The notes under the pieces: model-generated
What the model saw: the letters and a program-made list of their open reading frames with translations, nothing else
Told to the model about the DNA's origin: nothing
The model's database searches: none
Part shown: in pieces, positions 1 to 9,800 of the stretch
How the letters are laid out: every line of letters starts with the position of its first letter
Position numbering within the stretch: the stretch's first letter is position 1
Virus record (IMG/VR): IMGVR_UViG_3300030390_001081
Span: 47,151 to 67,150 of that record
From: an uncultured virus (IMG/VR IMGVR_UViG_3300030390_001081)
Lineage: Duplodnaviria; Heunggongvirae; Uroviricota; Caudoviricetes
Strand: one strand, 5' to 3'
DNA length: 20,000 bases
Made by a program: the position numbers and the translations under genes

Positions 1-2
1 AA

Positions 3-1568
3 GAAGCAGAACGTGTATATGGACCAACTGCTAAATTGACTGAAGGAAATGGACAAGAAAGAATATCATATACAGATGAAAATGGCGTCTTTAAAGAAGT
101 TGATAGAAACATTGTTACGAAAGAAACTCCTAATTATGTTGTAGATGATCAGCAATCTGAACAAGACACTACTACTGAAGTTACTGAAGACACTACTACT
201 GAAGTTATTGAAGAAACTTCTACAGAAGTAATAGATGAACAAACAGAAACTGGACAGACAAATATTACGCCACAGCCAAGAGTAATTGATTCAGAAGGTA
301 ATGAAGTTGATAGTCCAGTTACGCCTAATACACCGTTACAACGAATTGAGCCAAAATCAACAGGGCCTATACCTATAGAGGGGGGTGAACCTGATTTAAC
401 TCGTAGAACTGTAGCTGCAGAAGTTAGTACTGATGACAGTGAACAAACTACAGAACAACAAGTAGAAGATTCAGATGCAACTGTAAATCAAACAGTAGAA
501 TCATCATCTCTTACTCAAGATCAAATAGTAGAAATATATGGACCAGACGCTAGAACATCAACTAATAATGCAGGACAAACACAAATAATTGTTCCAGGTG
601 TAGATGGAGCTGAAGACGAAATTATAAATATGCCTGATGCTGTAGCTAAAAGAGATAATAGAATTGCATTAGAGGAAGAGAAACAACAAGAAGTTAATGC
701 AAATGTCATAGGATTAAGAAGAAATGATTTAGATGGATTATCAGAAGAAGATTTAAACACTAGACTTAATCAAACAACTATACCTGATGAAGATAAAGAA
801 AATATAAGAAGCAAATGGACTAATGCTAATAAAGAAAGTTTATTAGAACAAATATTTAAAAAATACAAAAAAGGTGATGGTAATGCTCTTAAGGACGCAG
901 CATCTTTAATTAAGTCAGCTGGTGGTGTATCTTCATTGGTTGCAGGTTTTATGGGCGCTAAAGCTGCTAAAAAAGGAATGGAAGAGGTTCCTGTTCCAGA
1001 GCTTAATGGCATGACAAGTGCTTTTAAAATGTATTCACAGCAACAAAAAGCATTATCTGAAAGTGGATTGTCTTATGCTGAAAGAAGAACTATAGAACAA
1101 GGTATAGATGAAACTTATGAAAAAGGTATACAAAACCTTAGAGTAGGTACAGGTGGAGATAGAGCTAAATTTTTAGCAGGTACTGGTGCTTTAGACTATA
1201 ATAGACAAACATCTTTATTAAAAACTGCAGCTTTAGAAGATGAAGCTAGAAGACAAAATAGAGATGCTTACGGTAAGCTTTTAACGTTTGAAGCACAACA
1301 AAATAGAGATAAAGATTTGTTTACAAAATCAAGAGAATATAATCAAGATTTAGCAGATAAAGCTATGTTCCAGAATACAGCATCTTCAGCATTTAAACAT
1401 GTATTTGATAATATTAGATTTGGACAAGATTATAAGCCTTTGATGGATCAAATGAGTATTTTAGCAACTCAAATATCTGGGGTTAGTGGTCTTGTAAATG
1501 ATATTAAAACAGATGAAACATTAAGTAATAACATTGAAGCAACTGATCCAAATGAAACAAGAAATTAA
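3..1568 (+). CDS. Virion ejection/cargo protein, 5'-truncated (acidic disordered N-part, Gly/Ala-rich amphipathic segment, helical C-part)
   Basis: The frame of track ORF 36..1568 is open from base 3 (EAERVYGPTAK precedes the TTG at 36), so the true start is probably upstream of the window. E/T/Q-rich low-complexity N-half; AASLIKSAGGVSSLVAGFMGAKAA at 897-968; Q/A/E-rich helical tail; TAA at 1566-1568. Lies two genes upstream of the virion RNAP, where crAss-like phages carry cargo genes. Confidence 0.6.
   Translation, partial: EAERVYGPTAKLTEGNGQERISYTDENGVFKEVDRNIVTKETPNYVVDDQQSEQDTTTEVTEDTTTEVIEETSTEVIDEQTETGQTNITPQPRVIDSEGNEVDSPVTPNTPLQRIEPKSTGPIPIEGGEPDLTRRTVAAEVSTDDSEQTTEQQVEDSDATVNQTVESSSLTQDQIVEIYGPDARTSTNNAGQTQIIVPGVDGAEDEIINMPDAVAKRDNRIALEEEKQQEVNANVIGLRRNDLDGLSEEDLNTRLNQTTIPDEDKENIRSKWTNANKESLLEQIFKKYKKGDGNALKDAASLIKSAGGVSSLVAGFMGAKAAKKGMEEVPVPELNGMTSAFKMYSQQQKALSESGLSYAERRTIEQGIDETYEKGIQNLRVGTGGDRAKFLAGTGALDYNRQTSLLKTAALEDEARRQNRDAYGKLLTFEAQQNRDKDLFTKSREYNQDLADKAMFQNTASSAFKHVFDNIRFGQDYKPLMDQMSILATQISGVSGLVNDIKTDETLSNNIEATDPNETRN
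165..236 (+). repeat. In-frame 24-bp tandem repeat, 3 copies (DTTTEVTE / DTTTEVIE / ETSTEVID)
   Basis: gacactactactgaagttactgaa (165-188), gacactactactgaagttattgaa (189-212, 1 mismatch), gaaacttctacagaagtaatagat (213-236, degenerate). Confidence 0.9.
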
Positions 1569-1586
1569 GTTTAATATAATAGTAGT

Positions 1587-3809
1587 ATGGCCGAACAAAA
1601 AGACGCAGCAATAAATATGATGGGACAGTCACTGTTTTCAGGTGACGCCTACAATCAAAGACAGCAAAACTTTAATATGGCTTCTCAAGCTTTGCAAATG
1701 CAAGCTCAAAGACAGCAAGCTAATAATGAGCTCAGTGGTGCTGTAAGAGATAATTATGAGCAAACTGTAACAACTGCTAATGCAGCAGCTGTTAGACCTT
1801 ACGATAAAAAAAGATTAGATACTATATTAGGTGGTGGTTATGAAAGAGTTATAGAAGACATAAAAAATAACTATAATGGCGATTTCATGACTTATTCTAA
1901 TAGTATAGATGCAAGTGGAGTTAGTGGAGCAGATAAAATTAGAAATATATTTTTTAATGATGACTTACAAGGTTTATATCAAGAGTTAAATCATAATAAA
2001 AAACAGTTTACTAAAATTATAGATTTACAAAAAAATAATAAATCACATTTAATACCAAAAGCTTATTCTTTAGCTTTAGAAGAATGGCAACAAAATGGAC
2101 CTACAGACTCTAAACCAACTTTATCTAGACTGCCAACATTTTATCAATTACAAGATCCAAGTGCAGCTTTAGAAGAAAAATTTGAAAGTATAGGTGGTAA
2201 TTATGGCGCTAATCCAGAAGATATTTTAGAAGTAGCTAGTAAAGAAATAAGTCATAATATGTCTTTAGAAGGTTATACTAAAGATGAAATGGAAGTAATT
2301 AATAGAGATTTAGCTTTAGGTAGAGGTCCAGGATATGATGCTGCTATAGAATTTGTAAAAAACAATCATCTTACAAGTGGAATGGTAAATCCTCAAAGTA
2401 CTGATTTTATTAGTGGAAAACTTGAATATGGTAAAGGTGATATAATAGTACAAGTAGCAGATGAGCTAAATGAAGAATCATATAAAATATATGCTAATGA
2501 GGATTACAAATCTATAGTTAAAGGTGTTAACACAATTTCTGATGGATATGTAAAACAATTACAAACAATATCTAGTGCAAAACAGACACAGTTACCATTC
2601 GAAAATTTAGGTCCTTTAAGAGGTAAAGGTAAAAGGATAGTTACAGGTGGTGTTTTATATGACAATAGCGCTGATATGAAAAATATATTAGAATCTACTT
2701 TGCCTGGATACGAAACTGAAATGGGTTCTGAATTTGGATTAAATAATGGACAATTAGTTTTAGATAATTATAATTTTTTAAAACACGGAAATGTTTACCA
2801 TGCAGATAGTGGTACTTTATTAGGTGGCGATGAATTGTTTGACGCAGTTGATGGTTTGACTGTTGCAGCTGGATTTGGATTAGCTGGTGCAGGAGCTGGT
2901 TCTGTTACAGGTCCAGGAGCAGTATTTACTGGAGCTGGAGGATTTGTTGCTGGTGCATTAACTTATGCTTCAACAACTGAATTAAATGCATTTAAAGATT
3001 TCACTATAGACAAAATAGTTTTAGGATATAAGGTTAATATGGGTAATGGTGAGTATGAATTAATGTTAGATTTTGAAGACAAAGGTGATGGTGACTTTAA
3101 AGAATATATGAAAAAATTTGATTTTGATGGGTCTGATAGTTTAGCTGGTACTGTAGAACCTGTACATTTAGCTTATGGTAGAGATCAAGATCTAACATTT
3201 TCAGATGGTTATTTAATTGAATTAAATTTTAATGATAGTGCGGTTGAAAAAATAAAAACTGCATATTCAGGAGAACGAGGTGAATTTGATAGAGTTATTA
3301 AAGAAGGTATACAAGGATCAAAAGGATATAACTCTAGTATAGAAGCTCAAAAATTAAAAGCAAATAGAACTGTTGCTAATGTGCAAAAAGCACAAACATT
3401 TGTAAACAATATGTTTGGAGATAATCCTGAAACAGTAAATAACATACAAAATACTTTTGGTCAACCATTACAATTATATGCTAAATCAGCGAATATACCT
3501 GAAATAAAAGGTAAAGAAAATCAAAGTTTATTATTAGCAGAAATTCTTGTATCTTCGCAATACTTTAAGGATGATAATGGTAAGTATAGCAAAATAAGTG
3601 ACGATAAAGGAACAAAAATAGCTCAAGATGCTTTTAATAAAATACAAGGTATAGGAGGTATGATGTCACAAAATAAAGCAAAACTTTCTATGTATCAATC
3701 AATGAAAACGCAAGACATTCTTAAAGGTTTTACTTCTTTTTATTCAGATGATATGATAAAAGATATGAAACAATTAACTATTGCATTAAGAGATTTAAAA
3801 GGATTATAA
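1587..3809 (+). CDS. Virion ejection/cargo protein with Gly-zipper hydrophobic hairpin (740 aa)
   Basis: Long ORF with ATG start and TAA stop. Q/A-rich N-terminal helix; uncharged GLTVAAGFGLAGAGAGSVTGPGAVFTGAGGFVAGALTYA at 2853-2969 (aa 423-461); stop is 1 nt from the start of the giant RNAP gene. Confidence 0.65.
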   Translation: MAEQKDAAINMMGQSLFSGDAYNQRQQNFNMASQALQMQAQRQQANNELSGAVRDNYEQTVTTANAAAVRPYDKKRLDTILGGGYERVIEDIKNNYNGDFMTYSNSIDASGVSGADKIRNIFFNDDLQGLYQELNHNKKQFTKIIDLQKNNKSHLIPKAYSLALEEWQQNGPTDSKPTLSRLPTFYQLQDPSAALEEKFESIGGNYGANPEDILEVASKEISHNMSLEGYTKDEMEVINRDLALGRGPGYDAAIEFVKNNHLTSGMVNPQSTDFISGKLEYGKGDIIVQVADELNEESYKIYANEDYKSIVKGVNTISDGYVKQLQTISSAKQTQLPFENLGPLRGKGKRIVTGGVLYDNSADMKNILESTLPGYETEMGSEFGLNNGQLVLDNYNFLKHGNVYHADSGTLLGGDELFDAVDGLTVAAGFGLAGAGAGSVTGPGAVFTGAGGFVAGALTYASTTELNAFKDFTIDKIVLGYKVNMGNGEYELMLDFEDKGDGDFKEYMKKFDFDGSDSLAGTVEPVHLAYGRDQDLTFSDGYLIELNFNDSAVEKIKTAYSGERGEFDRVIKEGIQGSKGYNSSIEAQKLKANRTVANVQKAQTFVNNMFGDNPETVNNIQNTFGQPLQLYAKSANIPEIKGKENQSLLLAEILVSSQYFKDDNGKYSKISDDKGTKIAQDAFNKIQGIGGMMSQNKAKLSMYQSMKTQDILKGFTSFYSDDMIKDMKQLTIALRDLKGL

Positions 3810-3810
3810 T

Positions 3811-6800
3811 ATGGGATTTGATTTAAATGAGTTCTTTCAATCACAGGTTAAAGGAGCTAGAGGTGGTTATCAACAAGCACAAGATGATTTAAAACAAGAT
3901 GTAGATAATTATGATGTAGGTGGGCCTATGGATGCTAATCCTGGAGAAGATTTTTCTATATCGCAAGGAGATATATCTGCATCTGCATTACAGCAAAGAA
4001 CATCATTTAGAACTACGGGTAGAGGTTCTGGATTTCAAACTCCAGAAATGATTATACCTGAAGATCCTAATGTGCAAGGAGCAATAGATCAAGATAGATT
4101 TTTAAAACAATCTATGACAAGAACTGAAGACATTGCAAGATCTGAAGTTTCTAGATTACAAAGATCACTTATAGCAGGTAGTGGACAAGTAGTAAGTATG
4201 GTAGGGGATATATTTAATTTTCTACATGCAATAACTCCTGATACAGGAGAAACATTTGAACCATTTGAAACAGTAGGAACATTCTTAACAAAGCATGGTG
4301 ATAAAACTATGAATGAGTATAAGAATACTTATATACCAGAAGAATTAGAAACGATAGGTGTAAATGATATGTTCAATCCTACTTTTTGGACAGGTGATGT
4401 AGCTCAACAAGTACCAAATTTTTTATCTATGCTTACTCCTGGTGTACTAGGTACTAAGCTTGCAAGCAAAGGATTATTAAAATATTTACCAAAATATACA
4501 AAAGCATCGAGAGGATTTTTAGATGATACTGTCGGTGTTGTAACAAGAACAAAAGGTGGTCTTGGTAGTTTAACTCCTATTATTAATGTAGGAATAGAGG
4601 GTGCAGATGATTTTATATTATCTAGATCAGGTAAGGCTTTATCTGCTTTTCTTGGTGGTGGTATTGGTACAACTATGGTAGATGGAGCTACAATAGCAGG
4701 ACAAACATATAGACAGGGATTACAAGTAGGTTTAACAGAAGAGGAGTCTTCTGTAGCTGCCGCTAATGTATTTGGAAATAATTTTGCATGGGCAGGTATA
4801 AATGGTATATCATGGGGATTAACTTTTGGTGGAGTTAGATTAGCTCCTGTCAGAGGATTAGTCAATAAAATGCCTAAGAATACTTTTGGTAAAACAGTAT
4901 CTGGTATATTGCAAAGTAGAATTACCTCTGGAATAAGTAAAGCAGGATTAGAAGCTGTAGAGGAATCATTCCAAGAAACTTATCAAGATTGGGTGCAAAA
5001 AAGACAATTAGCAAAAGCTCAGGGAATACCATTTGAATATGATGGAGATTATTTATACCTTAGTTCAGGTTATGCTGAATATTATAATAGTCCTGAAAAC
5101 AATAGAACAAAATATGTAGCTGGTGCTACAGGTATATTAGGTGGAGGATTTTCATCTATTATAAATGACACTGCAAAGCAACAGCTTGCTATGGACAGAC
5201 AACGTGAGATTTTAGAACAAAATCTTGATTTGTTAAATGATAATAGTAGAACATCTAGATTAGCAGTTGTAGACAACGTAGTAAAACATTCTGTAGAATC
5301 TAGAGAAACAGGAGAGTTAACAGCTTATTTACAGCAACAATTAGACAAGGGTATTATAGATCAAAAATTATTTGATTTTTATACTAACGTAATAAACTCA
5401 TATGAAGAGTTATATAATAGAATACCAGAATATATAGAAGAAACAGAAGGGTTTGGTAAAGAACAGTATTTTTCTAATTTAACTTTAGTAGAAAGAAATA
5501 AGAATGCATTAAAATATAGTGAGGAAGAATTACAATCTTGGAAAGATGCTAATAAAGATTCAGAAGGAACTAAAGGTTACAATGAAGTATTAGCACAAAA
5601 AGAAGGTGAGCTTGCAGAACTTGCAAATGAACTTGAACAAGCTAGCGCAAAAGCTCGTGAAATAAACTTAGGTATAGAGCAAGAAATACTTACTGAAAAT
5701 AGAAAGTTTAAAAAAGGTGTTTCTGTTACACCTGAAGGTAAGTTAACAAGAGGTGAAGGTAAAAAAGTTGGAGGAAAATTTGCACCTGAAAGTAAGTTAG
5801 ATCAAGAACAAAAAGAAGATATACTTACAAAAGAAGCAGAAAAAAAACAAGCAAAAGAAGAGTCGAAAGAAAGCGAAAAAACAGAAGAACAAACAGAGGG
5901 TGAACCATCTGTAGTTAAAAGAGTAGTAGACAAAGCAGGAGATATAGCTCGTAAAACAGGTGAAAGATTAGGAATAGTAAGTGCAAAAGAAGAAACACCT
6001 GAAACAACTCCTACAGAAGAAACAACACCAGAAGTAGCTGCAGAATCAAAAACAGAAACAAAACAACAAGCTTCAGAAGATGTGTCTGTATCTAAAGTTG
6101 CATCTAAAATTAAAACAGGAACTTTATCTCCAGAGAATGTTAGAACACAAGATAAAACTGATGTTGACGCTGCAGTTAAAAGTGTTGCGCAAAAATTAGA
6201 TAGTGGTGTTACTGCAGATAAACTTACTGAAAATGAAAAAACTATTGCAATTGAATTTGCACAAGAGGTAAGACAAGCGCGTAAAAAAAAAGTAGAAACT
6301 AAGACTAAGAGTAAGACAAAAACTGAAACTAGTCAAAAGTCTAAACCTAAACCAAGAGATAAAAAAGGTAAAAAGTCTAATTATAAATCAGCTAATCAAG
6401 CTGTAACTAAAAACCTCAACTTTAGATTAAGAAATGCTAGAATAGCAAACACAATGTTTATACAAGATAAACTTGGAATTGCTGTTGGTGTAATAGACTC
6501 TTCATACAATCACTTTGGTACTACTCCCGCATACGAAGTAGCTGGAGCAATATTTGTAGATCCAAATAAACTATATCAAGAATTATTTGTACACGAATAT
6601 ACAGGACACATTTATTTTAGAGCAAATCAAGATAGTCCACTTATAAAAAAGTTTATACAGGAATATGCTAATTCTAACGAATATGCTGCTATGAAAGGTA
6701 GGTATCCAGAATTAGAAATGTTTACCTATAATGGACAAGAACTTACATTGTCAGAAATATCACAAGACTTACACGAAAGGTCTTTTAATAAAGATGATAA

Positions 6801-9800
6801 TTTTTATTATGCAGAGTTAGAAGCAGACTTACAAGCTCTTATAGATATAGTTGATGAAATAGCAGCTAATGAAACTGCAGGTGCTTATGAAGGTACAGGA
6901 GTTACAAAACAAATAGAAGACTATGCTGAGTTAAAAAGAATGTTACAAGAAAATAAACTTGTAAAAGAACTTAAGCCACAGCAACAGATGGCACTAATGG
7001 AAGAAGGTTGGGCTACATATATTTCTGATCCTGACAATCCTAATACAAGAGAAGACGCTAGAAAAATATTTGATGGATTAATGGAGAATCCAGAAGAAAA
7101 CAAAAAACGTAAATCAAGAATAAAACGTTTTTGGAATATTGTAAGTAAACAAGGTAAGTCTATAGAAAAAGAAGCTACTACAACACTACAAAGTAAAGAA
7201 GGATTAGCTGGACTATCTTTAGATGAAATTAAAAGCAGACTTACTTCTGATATGCTAAGAATGACTCCAGAAGAGGTAAGACAAGGTAGAGCTACTAGTT
7301 CTAGAAGAATGAACTACAAGCCTAATAGAAGTCTTACAGATACATCTGTATTTGAAAATGAGTTAGCAACTAATGTATATAACGAGCTTGTTAACAATCC
7401 TAAACTAATAAAAGAATTTGCAGAAAGATATAAAGACAACCCATCTGATTTATTACAAGACGAAGAGTTTATAAATGTAATAGTAGAAAGTATGACTCAG
7501 TTGTCATATCAATATGGTGTGCATAACAGGTTTGCTGAAGCTATAATATACAATACTAAAAAATTATCTAAACTTAATAGAGAGGTAATTGATTTACAAA
7601 AGAAAATAGATTCTGCTACTAATTTAGATAGTAGAAGAGAGTTTGTAAAACAAGCTAAATTTAAAAGAGCACAATTAGTAAAAGCAGCAGCTAAAATACA
7701 ACCTAAAGATATAGATACAACAACTATACAAATGGGTGACAATAGTATGAGTGTAAGAAACTTTGCACAAGCTATTGCATTTAAAGTAATGAATCGTAGA
7801 GGTATTAACTCTGCATTTAATAAATTTAATGCTCAAGTATCTAAACTTTCTAAAGATGCTACTTTATCAAAAATAGAAGAAACTTTTAATAATGCATTAA
7901 AAAAAGAAGGTTTATCTGATTTACAAATAGAAGGACTTGCTAGCGAACAATTGCGTGTAGTTATAGACGAATATGAAAAAGTATTTGGTTTAAACTATCA
8001 TGGATTAGATGCTATTACTGATATAAATGAATTAGTAGACTATAGTGATAATATACTTAATATCTACAATAAAGATAAAGATGAGTTGTTATCTGGTTTA
8101 TCATCATTGATGATGGACTTTACTAGAGTTTATATGCAAACTGAAGAGGCGCAGTCTAAAAAGAAAACATCTAGACAACCTTATGTAAAACAAAAAGCTT
8201 TGGGTGCTATGGCAATCATATTGCAAACAGCACAACAACACAGGGGTGACTTGCAAGGATTTATAGGATCTATAAGGTCTAATAAGAATAGCTCTGTAAG
8301 AGCATTTTTAAAGTATTTAGAAGATAGATTACAAGTAGAAGGTGTAAAGTATAAGAAACCACTACAGTTACTTAGAACTAAAGAGAGATCTGGAGTTATG
8401 AAAAGTTTAGCAGATCACTTGTTAACATCTGTGTGGATTAACTTTAGCAACAAAACTAACGAACAAATATTTAATACAGTACAAAGAGGTAATGATTCTA
8501 CACAAACAAATGATTTAGATTTATTTAATGAAGAAACAACTGCAAGTGAAGAAAGAGCTTTAGTTGCAAGAGTAATAAAAGAAGGTGGCTTTATATTTAA
8601 CCAGGGTAAAGATGGAGCAAGAAGACGTAGAGATGTAGCGTTTACACAAAAAATGATAGACGCTATACGTGGACTTAATGAAGATAAGTCAACTACATTT
8701 CAAGATGCCGAGTCTATACTTATGGAAATGTTTGATGTATATGGAGGTAATTATTTCTTTTGGAATACATTAGAGCAAACTGGTGTAGTAGATGGTAAAA
8801 ACAGAATATCATTAAATGATTGGTTTAAAAAGAATGAAAAGAAAATAATTAAAGCTTCTAAAGATCCTAAGATAGCTGTAGATGTCTTTGCTCCTGTATT
8901 GCAACAAGCAGCATTAAACAGTAGAGTATTCTATTACTTTACTATGATAAAGAATGCAGAGGGTAATCCATCAAATACTATGAATAGTCGTAGTTTTATT
9001 ATTAATCAAAATGAAAGACTAAATGAGTTTTTTACAAGAAAGGATAATGAAACAGATCAAGAATATAATGATAGAGTTTTTGATAGAGCGAAAGCATTAA
9101 GAGATATTTATGGCGATAATGCATATCTACCTTTTGAATTAAAAACAATAGATGGTGTATTTACCGTACAGCCAAAACAAAATGTATTAAAATTTAGAGG
9201 CGGTCTTATATCTCAGTTAAACAATAAAGGTTTGAATTATGTTAGACTTACACCACAAGAACTTATGGTTAGTGAGATGACTGACTTTATAAGCGCTTTA
9301 GGTAGACGTAGACAAACAGACTCTGATGGTAATATAGTTGATACTACATATATGCAGCAAGTAGGTGTATTTGCTGAAAAAACAAGAATGTACTATGTAG
9401 AAACAAAGTTGTTAAAAGACACACAAATTAAAGAAGAAATAGATTTAAGACTGTCTGAATACGTAGGACAAACATATCAAGATGGTAAATTAATATTACC
9501 ATTTATAAAATCTAAAGGTAAAAAAGCTGTTATAGATGAAGTATATGTAAATAAACAAGTAAGGTTATTAGGTAATCATATTAATAATAATTTACATTTA
9601 TATAAAGACAATGTAGATTTTCAAAATTTATTTGATGGCAATAAATTAAATGCACAAGGTAAAAAAGCTTTGCGTACATACATTCTTAATTATGGAATAA
9701 ATAGATTCCAGGCACAAAGAATGTTTATTGGGGATCATAAACAATTTAAAAACGAAACTGATTATGTTAAGCGTAGTGCAGGTGCTATAGCTAGACAAAT

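Noticed and set aside
36..38. TTG start assigned by the ORF track to the first gene
   Set aside because: The frame is open to the window edge and the upstream codons encode part of the YGP repeat, so the true start is probably outside the window.
1552..1580. TATAAT at 1575-1580 with ATGAAA 17 nt upstream, resembling a sigma70 promoter
   Set aside because: Expected by chance in very AT-rich DNA, only 6 nt from the ATG, and not the promoter type of the inferred Bacteroidota host.
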